A stretch of 64,000 bases of DNA, taken from an uncultured Rhabdochlamydiaceae bacterium. GTDB lineage: Bacteria; Chlamydiota; Chlamydiia; Chlamydiales; Rhabdochlamydiaceae. The stretch covers positions 32,001 through 96,000 of the forward strand of contig CAVQHD010000001.1 in NCBI GenBank assembly GCA_963712275.1, read 5' to 3'. Shown piece by piece: positions 1 through 8,972 of this stretch; the first letter of the stretch is position 1; every line of letters begins with the position of its first letter. The notes under the pieces are model-generated. The model was not told the origin of the DNA, ran no database searches, and saw only the letters and a list, made by a program, of their open reading frames with translations. The translations under genes were made by a program, and so were the position numbers.

Positions 1-300
1 ACAAAGGCAATTCTCTCCTTTACTAAGGGAAAACGGAGAGCTTCTTTGGATAAAGACCGCCTTCTTCTATCTGCCGTTTTGCGAGAATTAGAAATTATCG
101 GGGAAGCTGCTAATAGAGTCTCCGAGAAAACAAAAAAGAAACTTCCTCATCTTCCCTGGCATGAACTCGTTGGCCTGAGAAATAGGTTAATTCACGCTTA
201 CTTCGATGTAGATTACGACATTATCTGGAAAACCATTCGAGAGTACCTCCCTTCCTTTCAAAAACAGCTCGAGCAAGCCATCAATTCTTTTGAATCTTAA
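1..300 (+). CDS. HepT-like HEPN ribonuclease toxin (DUF86), 5'-truncated by window edge
   Basis: Frame open from base 1; motifs ELEIIGEAA, PW, RNRLIHAYF (RX4H HEPN motif), IIWKTI. Confidence 0.85.
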   Translation, partial: TKAILSFTKGKRRASLDKDRLLLSAVLRELEIIGEAANRVSEKTKKKLPHLPWHELVGLRNRLIHAYFDVDYDIIWKTIREYLPSFQKQLEQAINSFES

Positions 301-382
301 TCACCTTCAAACTCAATCAATAAAATCATCCCCTCCTGCAAAGTTCTGCAATCACTGCTTGAATTAAAATTTTCTCTGAAAT

Positions 383-1843
383 ATGACAAGTCATGTGATG
401 CTTAAACCTATCCTGATAAAGATGATCACTTGCTTGATCGGAATCGCCTTACTCTACTCAGAGCCTGCTCTGTCTAAGGAAACGATGCCATCTCTTCAGG
501 CCCAGGATGAATGGACCTATTCGCTGGCGCTGCAAGCCGCTACGTGGGGTAGTCCTCTGGTCACAATGTATGCTCTACGCCACCATGATGCCATTGGCCC
601 CAAGGCCAAGGCGTCTCCTAACTCGATCTGGCGCATGGAAAACATTTCCACGCTAACCTTGTCAAAAGAAGCCGGTTATGTGACTCCAAATGTCAACGTC
701 ATCTACGGCTTTGGTTTTATGGATTTGCGGCAAGAACCTATTGTTTTAGAAACACCCGATTCAGATAACCGTTATTACATGGTCGAAATCGTGGATATGT
801 GGACAAATGCTTTTTCCTATGTTGGCGGGAAAGCAACCGGTTACAAAGGGGGCAAGTTCCTTTTGGCGGGACCTGGATGGAAAGGTGAGCCCCCTGCCGG
901 TATGCATCGGATTGACTGCCCGACGCCTTGGGTTTTACTTCAGCCACGCGTGCATATCTATGCTGCTGGGAAAATCGATCTTCCCGGAGCTCAAAAAATC
1001 CTGAAGGAGATTACAACAACGAGGTTATCGCAGCTCACAAGTCAAGCAGTCCCCTCCTATGACTATCCGGCGCCCGATCCTGTCAACCTCAATCTTCCTG
1101 TCAGCGTTTTAGATTACAAAGACCCCTTGCAGTTCTGGGAGCTCTTGATGATCGCACTGAATGAGAATCCTCCGCCGCAAGACCAAATCACAGCACTGCT
1201 GCCTCTGTTCAAACCACTTGGAATCGAACTGGGAAAACCGTGGGACCGCTCTAAGCTGGCGCCGGAAGTGCTTAAAGCCATGCGTAAAGCTGCCCAGAAT
1301 ATCGGGTCGATCTTAGGTCATTTGCCTTTTGGGATCTTCTACCAAGGTGCCTTTATTCCGCCTCCGACAATTGGGAATTCTGGAGCAGACTACAAGACGC
1401 GGGCCATTGTTGCTCGGCTTGGGTTAACTGCCAATACCCCCTATGAATCTATCTACTGGATGTACTCATTGGATCAAAAAGGGAATCCTCTCACCGGCGC
1501 TAAAAAATACACAATAACTTTCAAGCAAGAGATTCCCTTCTATGAACCCGGCTTCTGGTCGCTCACGATTTACGACTCAGAGAACAACTATACGGCGCCC
1601 AATCCGATCGACCGGTATATGTTGGGAAGCGACACTCCGGAACTGAAGAAAAATAAAGACGGCTCTTTGACAATCTATATCCAGCACGAGGATCCCGGAC
1701 AAGATAAACAATCCAATTGGCTTCCAGCGCCACCAGGCTCATTCTATCTGATCCCGCGATCTTACGCGCCCAAACCAGAAATCATTCACATTTTAACAGA
1801 CCCGCAATCGTGGCCCATTCCCGCAGTTGCGCCAGAAGGATAA
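383..1843 (+). CDS. DUF1254/DUF1214 domain exported protein
   Basis: N-terminal signal peptide; VTPNVNVIY, DLRQEPIVL, RYYMVEIVDMWTNAF, FWSLTIYD, DGSLTIYIQ, NWLPAP motifs. Confidence 0.85.
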   Translation: MTSHVMLKPILIKMITCLIGIALLYSEPALSKETMPSLQAQDEWTYSLALQAATWGSPLVTMYALRHHDAIGPKAKASPNSIWRMENISTLTLSKEAGYVTPNVNVIYGFGFMDLRQEPIVLETPDSDNRYYMVEIVDMWTNAFSYVGGKATGYKGGKFLLAGPGWKGEPPAGMHRIDCPTPWVLLQPRVHIYAAGKIDLPGAQKILKEITTTRLSQLTSQAVPSYDYPAPDPVNLNLPVSVLDYKDPLQFWELLMIALNENPPPQDQITALLPLFKPLGIELGKPWDRSKLAPEVLKAMRKAAQNIGSILGHLPFGIFYQGAFIPPPTIGNSGADYKTRAIVARLGLTANTPYESIYWMYSLDQKGNPLTGAKKYTITFKQEIPFYEPGFWSLTIYDSENNYTAPNPIDRYMLGSDTPELKKNKDGSLTIYIQHEDPGQDKQSNWLPAPPGSFYLIPRSYAPKPEIIHILTDPQSWPIPAVAPEG

Positions 1844-1907
1844 GCAGGAAGATTAAAAATTGGTACCAAAAATTCTTTGCTCTTTGTATATGTATTTCCA
1901 TACGACG

Positions 1908-2495
1908 ATGAAGCTTCCCGTTATCCTTACTTTTTTCCGTGTTGTCATGAGCCCCATTTTTGTGGCGCTCTACCTCTTTTCAGATCGGTGGAACATTCCA
2001 ATAGCTGCCATCCCCTATCTTCTTTTAGGGATTGTGGCCCTCTGTGAATTAACAGATATTTTTGACGGATTTTTAGCCCGGAAAAGAAACCAAGTGACCA
2101 ATCTTGGGAAAGTTCTCGACCCCATGGCCGACAGCCTTTTTAGACTTTCTGTTTTTTTTACATTCACCCAAGGCGCCGTTCAACTGCCGCTGCTGATCGT
2201 TCTTGTTTTTTTCTGGAGAGATTCCATTGTCAACACGTTGCGATCTCTTTGCGCCGTTCAAGGAATTCCGCTCGCCGCTCGGACAAGCGGAAAAATCAAG
2301 GCCATCATTCAAGCCACTGTGACATTTTTTATTTTAATTTTAATGATCCCTTACTCGAACGGATGCCTTTCACTCGAGACATTTCAAAAAATAAGCACGA
2401 TTGCTGCAGCCCTTGCAGCCGCTTATACCTTGTGCTCCGGATGCGAATACCTTTGGGTCCATCGGCAGCTCATCAAAAAAGCTTTCCGCGCCTGA
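1908..2495 (+). CDS. pgsA: CDP-diacylglycerol--glycerol-3-phosphate 3-phosphatidyltransferase
   Basis: CDP-alcohol phosphatidyltransferase motif TDIFDGFLARK...TNLGKVLDPMAD; hydrophobic; ATG at 1908 chosen as start. Confidence 0.9.
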   Translation: MKLPVILTFFRVVMSPIFVALYLFSDRWNIPIAAIPYLLLGIVALCELTDIFDGFLARKRNQVTNLGKVLDPMADSLFRLSVFFTFTQGAVQLPLLIVLVFFWRDSIVNTLRSLCAVQGIPLAARTSGKIKAIIQATVTFFILILMIPYSNGCLSLETFQKISTIAAALAAAYTLCSGCEYLWVHRQLIKKAFRA

Positions 2496-2499
2496 GAAG

Positions 2500-4122
2500 C
2501 TATTGCACTGCAGCAATAATTGTGTCGAGAGACCAAGTAGCTCTCTCCTGCTGTAGGTCTGGGTGTTGTTCAATCAAATTTCGGCGAAACAAAAATCGTT
2601 CTTTTGATATGTCCCATTCACTATTGCCATCCATTCTCGAAAAAGCTTGAATATGGGCAGAATCAATTTCGAGAGAACAAGTCAGCGATAGAACGAGTCT
2701 ATTTAATTGGGTGTTCAAATGAATAGGTTCCCTCTCAGGATTCAAACGCAGTATCTTGCGCAACGGTTCAAAAAATTGAACTTCTCCAACATCGCCTCGT
2801 CGTTTTGCATTATTCATAAATGAGCTTAATGCAGGATCTCCACCAATATGAAAGCACTCCACTTTTTGTGGATCTACATACCCATCGATGCTCTGGAGTG
2901 CTTGTAAATAGAGAATGTCTTGAGCACGATTGCATTGCGCTAAGGTGAGTTCTTTGTTTTCAAGCTTTGTCTGTAAACGAATGAGATTTGCAAATAGAAG
3001 CATGAAAGTGAAACGAATACATTCCAATCTAAATTTATCATGATTTTCATACATCGGTTTTGATATTCCATGCGCCCAATAGATTTGTCTTAAATCTTGT
3101 TCATAAAAGGGAAGAAAATCAAACCATTTTTCGCATAGAAGAGCATAAACTGAATCGTTTAAAAATTGTTCAACCTTTGTTTCTAAAGTAGAATGGAGAT
3201 GCGCAGTGTGTTGTGCCTCAAGGCCTAGTCCTGTCATGGGGTTCATGAGGTTAGATAACAACTTTTCCCAACATTGTTTGTTCTCCCATCGCATGGTTTG
3301 AATGGTTTTGGATAAATCCATCAACTGCTCCAATTGCAAAGGCCTGGTGAGTGCAGATTTAAGACTCGCACCTACCCCCATCAAAACACACACTGACAAA
3401 TGAAGGAATTTGTCCCCCGCTAGCGTATAATAAGTCGTTCCCAATAGCGCTTTTAATACTTGCAAGGCTGCAGCACCTAGGACATTGAAAACTCCTTCTT
3501 TCGTTCCGCAGGCAATTAAAGCTAGACGGGCATACCAGATCGATTCTAACCATTGCCCTAACTGCCGTGTTTTTTCTCTGCAAGCTTCAACATAGACATT
3601 TTTACCTCCCATATGCAGGCTGGTCATCTCCAGCAAGATATTTAAAATTTTAACTCCAACAGGGGCAAGATCAATGATGTGAAAAGCAAATAAGAAATGG
3701 CCATTGATTCTAGGAGATTGGGCAGCGTGCAATAGAGCCTGGGCTACTGCTGTTGTCTTTAAACGAGTAGGCAAAAGATGTACAATCGAAGCAAGAGACG
3801 ATTCATTGGAGGTTAAATAAAATGTGGTCGCAGCTAAAACTTTACAAATAAGATCCCACAGATGACCGTTGATAAGGAAGAACTGATAAGGAGAAGCGAT
3901 AATCTTGTCAATTTTTTCTTGAGGATAGAGCAAAGCAAAAAGCTTTGAATCAGTCTTTCGTTCGGAATGATTTAAAACAAGGTGCCTTCCCAGCACAATC
4001 TCTGAGCCTCCGTGAGAAAGCCTCGTTGCTGCTAATGCTGCAAAACCAGCCCCCCAGAAGGGTAAAGTCGGATTTGACAACCATCGATTAAAAGAAAAAT
4101 TCGATAAGAAAGCTGTTCCCAT
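2500..4122 (-). CDS. Hypothetical protein with several hydrophobic segments (orphan, possible membrane/inclusion protein)
   Basis: Long ORF (540 aa from ATG at 4122); no recognisable motif. Confidence 0.6.
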   Translation of the reverse strand: MGTAFLSNFSFNRWLSNPTLPFWGAGFAALAATRLSHGGSEIVLGRHLVLNHSERKTDSKLFALLYPQEKIDKIIASPYQFFLINGHLWDLICKVLAATTFYLTSNESSLASIVHLLPTRLKTTAVAQALLHAAQSPRINGHFLFAFHIIDLAPVGVKILNILLEMTSLHMGGKNVYVEACREKTRQLGQWLESIWYARLALIACGTKEGVFNVLGAAALQVLKALLGTTYYTLAGDKFLHLSVCVLMGVGASLKSALTRPLQLEQLMDLSKTIQTMRWENKQCWEKLLSNLMNPMTGLGLEAQHTAHLHSTLETKVEQFLNDSVYALLCEKWFDFLPFYEQDLRQIYWAHGISKPMYENHDKFRLECIRFTFMLLFANLIRLQTKLENKELTLAQCNRAQDILYLQALQSIDGYVDPQKVECFHIGGDPALSSFMNNAKRRGDVGEVQFFEPLRKILRLNPEREPIHLNTQLNRLVLSLTCSLEIDSAHIQAFSRMDGNSEWDISKERFLFRRNLIEQHPDLQQERATWSLDTIIAAVQ

Positions 4123-4186
4123 AGTTATTCTCTTATTTTGATAAGGAATTATAGCACACAAAAGGGCAACAAGCAAAATTTAAAAA

Positions 4187-4444
4187 TTTTGCAACTATTC
4201 ACCCACCTCCCATTTTAGAGGTGGGGGAAAAAAGATCGGGCAAGGGAACGGGCACGGCAACGTTCACGAAAGAAAAGTCAGTCAAATTTTTATCCCCATT
4301 TGAGCATGAATTGTTGATACGCCTCGTCTTGAAGTTAACAAAAATGGCTTAGAGCGCCTCTTTCGTGAACGTTACCGTGCCCGTTCTCTTGCCCGATCTT
4401 TTTTCCTCACCTCCAAAATGGTGGGTAGGTGAATAGTTGCAAAA
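4187..4444. mobile_element. Palindromic MITE-like element, family A, copy 1
   Basis: About 86-bp imperfect inverted arms (4187-4273 / 4359-4444; GCAACTATTCACC...GGTGAATAGTTGC) around an 85-nt spacer; homologous copy at 30110-30351. Confidence 0.8.
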
Positions 4445-4496
4445 AATTCCTTCAATTGCTTTAAATTGATCCGCTCAAGTATCTTGCTTAGTCTGA

Positions 4497-4669
4497 AGAG
4501 GCTGTTGTTGAATTAAGGCTTCGTCGATTTTCGGGATTATTTTGGCCGATTTTCGATTCAAATCTTGGGGGTCATATACGAAAGTTGATATGACCCCCCA
4601 AGATTTGAATCGAAAATCGGCTCAAAAGAACCCAAAAATCGACAGAAGCTTAGTTCAACAACAGCCTCT
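4497..4669. mobile_element. Long hairpin element, family B, copy 1
   Basis: AGAGGCTGTTG...CAACAGCCTCT termini, perfect 33-bp inner stem, loop ACGAAAGTTG (4578-4587); homologous inverted copy at 21084-21255. Confidence 0.8.
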
Positions 4670-4674
4670 ACGAT

Positions 4675-4746
<72 letters not shown>

Positions 4747-4752
4747 CTTATG

Positions 4753-4805
4753 AACCTATACCGGTAAAATTTTTCATCGAATGAAATTTTTTACCGGTAT
4801 AGGTT
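4753..4805. repeat. Inverted repeat between tRNA-Gln and prs (possible terminator/processing hairpin)
   Basis: 17-bp perfect arms AACCTATACCGGTAAAA / TTTTACCGGTATAGGTT with further internal pairing. Confidence 0.6.
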
Positions 4806-4819
4806 TAAAGGATTTTTCA

Positions 4820-5740
4820 ATGCTAAAGCCGAAAAGGTATTTGTTATTTGCCGGGAGCTCTCATCCTGAGCTCGCGAGACAAATTGCAAAGCACCTTTCG
4901 ACTCAGCAAGGGAAAGTCCTGATTGAGACATTTCCAGATGGCGAGATAGGCGTTCGAATTTTAGAGAATGTCCACGGTCAGGATGTTTTCGTTTTGCAGA
5001 CGATCGCACAACATCCTAACCTCTATCTCATGGAATTGCTCATCATGTTGGATGCTTTGAAGCGAGCCGGATCTCGATCGGTGATTGCTGTGATTCCCTA
5101 CTTTGGGTATGGCCGTCAAGATCGAAGAATAAAAGAAGGGGATCCGATTTCTGCAAAGCTTGTAGCACAGCTATTGGAAGCGGCAGGCGCTTCTGGTGTG
5201 CTGACGATCGATCTGCATACACCGCAGATCGAAGGGTTTTTTAACATACCGCTTTACCATCTTTCGGCAATGCCTCTTTTAACTAAGGCCATTGAGAAAG
5301 AGGGGTGGGAGAAAAGCGTGATGGTAGCCCCCGATATCGGCAGCATTTGGCGTGCACGCGAGTTTGCACAGGAATTGAAAACCTCCGACGGTGTTGTCGA
5401 TAAGCGCCGCGTGAGTGCAAAGCGGGTTGAGAGTCATTCCTTAGCAGGGGATGTCAAAAATCAAAACGTTGTTTTGATTGATGATTTATGCTCAACCGGT
5501 CAAACACTGGCGACAGCAGCCTATGTGTGCACTAGCCAAGGGGCGAATAAGATTCGCGTGGTTGTGACTCACGGGATGTTTGTGGGCAGTGCATTTGAAG
5601 ATCGTGCGATTGAAAAGTTTGTTGTGACGGATACGATTCCCCTTCCTTCTAAGAGGAAGACCAAGAAGATTAAGGTCGTCTCCGTAGCACCCCTTTTTGC
5701 TCGAGCTATTGAAACAATAGCATCTTCAAAGCCCATCTGA
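4820..5740 (+). CDS. prs: Ribose-phosphate pyrophosphokinase
   Basis: FPDGE, PYFGYGRQDR, DLHTPQIEGFF, VAPDIG, IDDLCSTGQT motifs; ATG 4820 preferred over 4781, which lies inside a hairpin. Confidence 0.95.
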   Translation: MLKPKRYLLFAGSSHPELARQIAKHLSTQQGKVLIETFPDGEIGVRILENVHGQDVFVLQTIAQHPNLYLMELLIMLDALKRAGSRSVIAVIPYFGYGRQDRRIKEGDPISAKLVAQLLEAAGASGVLTIDLHTPQIEGFFNIPLYHLSAMPLLTKAIEKEGWEKSVMVAPDIGSIWRAREFAQELKTSDGVVDKRRVSAKRVESHSLAGDVKNQNVVLIDDLCSTGQTLATAAYVCTSQGANKIRVVVTHGMFVGSAFEDRAIEKFVVTDTIPLPSKRKTKKIKVVSVAPLFARAIETIASSKPI

Positions 5741-5774
5741 TGTGTCATATAAAACTTAATAATGGGAGAATAGT

Positions 5775-6338
5775 ATGAAACTGACTGCCACTGTGCGCCC
5801 TTCGACAAAAAAAGGTGACACAAAGCAGATTCGACGAGAGGGAAAAATCCCTGCAATCCTCTATTCCACAGGTCAGCCTAATCTTCAGCTCACCCTCGAT
5901 GGAGCTGAGATGGCGGCAATCCTGCGGCAAGTAAAGCCGGGCCATTTAGGGACCACCATTTTTCAGTTAAAGCTGGATGGAAAGGAGAAACGAGCGATTG
6001 TCAAGGACATTCAATATCAATTAACGACCTACCAAGTCACGCATATTGATTTCGAAGAGCTCTTTGATGATGTGGCTGTGAACGTAAAAGTCCCTATTCG
6101 CTGCACTGGGGTAGCTGATTGCGTGGGAGTGAAACTAGGAGGGTTTTTAAGGCAAGTGATCCGGCACGTCAGAGTGGAATGCTTACCTGTCTTGATCCCT
6201 GACGAACTATTGATTGATGTGCAAGATATGGGAATCAAGCAATCGAAAAAACTATCTGATATTGCAATTCCTCAAGGAGTGAAGCCCCTTGCTAAAATGG
6301 ATGAAGTCGTTGTTGTCGTTTCGAAACGAAGCAACTAA
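5775..6338 (+). CDS. rplY: 50S ribosomal protein L25/Ctc
   Basis: RREGKIPAILY, HIDF, VPI..G...GVKLGG motifs; conserved prs-rplY-pth order. Confidence 0.95.
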   Translation: MKLTATVRPSTKKGDTKQIRREGKIPAILYSTGQPNLQLTLDGAEMAAILRQVKPGHLGTTIFQLKLDGKEKRAIVKDIQYQLTTYQVTHIDFEELFDDVAVNVKVPIRCTGVADCVGVKLGGFLRQVIRHVRVECLPVLIPDELLIDVQDMGIKQSKKLSDIAIPQGVKPLAKMDEVVVVVSKRSN

Positions 6339-6921
6339 AGATTTTTTAATTGTGGGACTCGGTAATCCAGGTATCGCCTATGAGAAAACCAAGCATAATG
6401 TGGGATTTCGCGCTGTGAGATCTTTTGCAAAACGGCACGGAATTACACTGAAAAAGGCTTACCATTTATCTGCGGAGCTAGGTCATGGACGTCTGGGGGC
6501 ATTTTCCATTGGGGTGCTCCTTCCTCTGACCTATATGAACAGCAGCGGAGAAGCTGTTAAAAAAGCTCTTCGAGCCTTTCAAACACCGGCAAGTCGTATT
6601 GCTGTTGTCGTTGATGATATTGCATTTTCAGTCGGAGATATCCGATTTAAAGAAGAAGGAAGCCATGGGGGTCATAACGGGCTTAAAAGCATTGAAGAGC
6701 ATTTGACAACAACTTGTTTTCCCAGGCTCCGCATAGGCATAGGGCATCCTGAAGGCAGAGATCTCGCAGATTTTGTGCTCTCTCCTTTTGATCCCACTGA
6801 GGAGAGGCAATTACCAGAAGTTTTTAATCATGTGGCCGATGTTCTCGATTGTTGGATCCTACGGGGGATTCAACCAGCCATGACATTGGCAAATACAAAA
6901 AGAGGAGTCATTGACAAATGA
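6289..6921 (+). CDS. pth: Peptidyl-tRNA hydrolase (true start uncertain, probably slightly downstream)
   Basis: LIVGLGNPG, TKHNVGF, TYMNSSG, GGHNGLKSI, RLRIGIG. Confidence 0.95.
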   Translation: MLKWMKSLLSFRNEATKDFLIVGLGNPGIAYEKTKHNVGFRAVRSFAKRHGITLKKAYHLSAELGHGRLGAFSIGVLLPLTYMNSSGEAVKKALRAFQTPASRIAVVVDDIAFSVGDIRFKEEGSHGGHNGLKSIEEHLTTTCFPRLRIGIGHPEGRDLADFVLSPFDPTEERQLPEVFNHVADVLDCWILRGIQPAMTLANTKRGVIDK

Positions 6922-7256
6922 CGAAAGAACATAGCCATCTCTATGAAGGGATGTATATTTTAAATACCGCCTTAACAGATGATGCACGTGAAAAGCTGAT
7001 CGATAAAATGACAGCCAATATCACTCAAAAAGGTGGAAAATTGCATAAAATTTTTGATCAAGGCCGCAAAAAACTTGCGTATGAGATCAATAAAAAGAGA
7101 GAAGGGCATTATTTGCTGTTTTACTTTTCAGTCCCCACAAATGTGATGGACAAACTATGGAGAGAGTATCGACTCACAGAAGATATCCTTCGCTTTATGA
7201 CAACCCGGGTACACGCTGTTCCCGAAAAAATCGCATTTCAACCTTTACCTGAATAA
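6918..7256 (+). CDS. rpsF: 30S ribosomal protein S6
   Basis: [27 protein letters not shown]. Confidence 0.95.
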   Translation: MTKEHSHLYEGMYILNTALTDDAREKLIDKMTANITQKGGKLHKIFDQGRKKLAYEINKKREGHYLLFYFSVPTNVMDKLWREYRLTEDILRFMTTRVHAVPEKIAFQPLPE

Positions 7257-7264
7257 GAGGAATT

Positions 7265-7495
7265 ATGGAATCTCTTTTTGCCCCTAAGAAAAAACGGAGC
7301 TGTCCATTTACCGCCGCAGGCGTTAAACATGTGGATTATAAAGATCTAGAAACGCTCCGCCGTTTTATTTCCGAACGAGGTAAAATTATTCCTCGGCGGA
7401 TCTCAGGAGTATCTGCCTATTTTCAGCGAAAGCTTGTCAAAGCAATCAAGAAAGCACGCTCAATGGGGTTACTCCCATTTGTATCTGAGATTTAA
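7265..7495 (+). CDS. rpsR: 30S ribosomal protein S18
   Basis: [36 protein letters not shown]. Confidence 0.97.
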   Translation: MESLFAPKKKRSCPFTAAGVKHVDYKDLETLRRFISERGKIIPRRISGVSAYFQRKLVKAIKKARSMGLLPFVSEI

Positions 7496-7507
7496 AGAGG
7501 TTATACA

Positions 7508-7978
7508 ATGAAACAACAATATTTACTGATCGAAGATGTAGAAGATGTCGGCCGAAGCGGTGAAGTGATTTCGGCAAAGCCCGGTTTTGCAAGGAACTTC
7601 CTGTTTCCCAAGCAGAAAGCAGTTTTAGCCAATCCGCATGCTCTTCGGATGCAGGCTCGTCTTCAAGAAACTCGTGCAAAGCAAGCCGATATCGACCGGA
7701 AAGAAGCAGAAGAACTCGCTGCAAAACTCCAAGGGCTTATTTTGACGACGACGGTCAAAGTCGATCCAGAAGGAACGATGTATGGATCTGTGGGTTCAAC
7801 AGAGGTTTTAGACCTTTTTGCCAAAGAAGGTTTCCAACTCGATCGCCGTAATATCGGACTGAATAAACCGATCAAAGAAATCGGCGTTCACTCTCTGAAT
7901 CTCAAGCTAAAAGAAGGGGTCACCTGCCAATATACTCTTCATATCTTGGGCGAGCAAGCAAACCCTCCCAAGGGTTAA
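7508..7978 (+). CDS. rplI: 50S ribosomal protein L9
   Basis: G..GEVISAKPGFARNFLFP, MYGSV, PIKEIG. Confidence 0.96.
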   Translation: MKQQYLLIEDVEDVGRSGEVISAKPGFARNFLFPKQKAVLANPHALRMQARLQETRAKQADIDRKEAEELAAKLQGLILTTTVKVDPEGTMYGSVGSTEVLDLFAKEGFQLDRRNIGLNKPIKEIGVHSLNLKLKEGVTCQYTLHILGEQANPPKG

Positions 7979-7997
7979 AGCCTTTTAGGGCCCTTTA

Positions 7998-8972
7998 ATG
8001 ACCCAAAAAACCATCATTGTCACCGGAGCTGCAGGATTTATCGGCTCCGGCCTTGTTAGCAAGTTAAATGCCGAAGGGACAACTTCCAACCTTGTTTTAG
8101 TCGACACTATCAACCACCCAGCAAAACATAAAAACTTGCAAAACAAGCATTATCGCGAGCTTCTCCCAATTCAAGGATTGCACAAATGGCTTGAAGGACG
8201 CCAGGACGAGATTGAAGCGATCTTTCATCTAGGGGCATGCTCAGATACCCTGCAGCAAAATGAACAGTTCTTACGAGAAAATAACACCCTCTACACCCAA
8301 AAACTCGCCGAATACTGCCTTCGGCATAACATACGATTTATTTACGCCTCCTCTGCAGCCACCTATGGCGATGGCCAGCTCGGTTTTTCCGATGATCACG
8401 CCCTTCTAGAAAAGCTAAAACCCCTGAATCTGTACGGCCTATCTAAACATTGGTTTGATCTCTGGGCTTTGAAAGAAGGAGTTCTCGATCAAATCGTCGG
8501 CCTCAAATATTTTAATGTCTTTGGCCCGAATGAATCCCATAAAGGACACATGGCTTCCATGATTTTCAAAATGGTCCCCCTCATTCAAAAAAAAGGAGTC
8601 ATTCAACTTTTTCGATCGACAAAACAGGGTCTTAAAGATGGAGATCAATGCCGCGATTTCATCTACATTAAAGATGCTGTGGAGATAACCTATCAATTTT
8701 TACACCCTCGACAGGGAGGGATTTTCAACGTTGGAATGGGGCGCTCTACTACATGGAATGAGCTTGCGGCAGCTGTTTTTAAAGCCTTGAACAAACCCAC
8801 CTGTATCGAGTATATTGAAATGCCTAGGACCCTTGCTGATCAATACCAAAACTATACCTGTGCAGATATGAAAAAATATGAACAAGTTCAGCCTCTGCGG
8901 TTTGCTTATACCATTGAAACGGCTGCTGAAGATTATGTTCAACAACACCTCATCCCCAATCGACCATGGTAA
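7998..8972 (+). CDS. hldD: ADP-L-glycero-D-manno-heptose 6-epimerase
   Basis: IIVTGAAGFIGS, HLGACSDT, YASSAATYG, PLNLYGLSK, YFNVFGPNESHKGHMAS, RDFIYIKD. Confidence 0.92.
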   Translation: MTQKTIIVTGAAGFIGSGLVSKLNAEGTTSNLVLVDTINHPAKHKNLQNKHYRELLPIQGLHKWLEGRQDEIEAIFHLGACSDTLQQNEQFLRENNTLYTQKLAEYCLRHNIRFIYASSAATYGDGQLGFSDDHALLEKLKPLNLYGLSKHWFDLWALKEGVLDQIVGLKYFNVFGPNESHKGHMASMIFKMVPLIQKKGVIQLFRSTKQGLKDGDQCRDFIYIKDAVEITYQFLHPRQGGIFNVGMGRSTTWNELAAAVFKALNKPTCIEYIEMPRTLADQYQNYTCADMKKYEQVQPLRFAYTIETAAEDYVQQHLIPNRPW

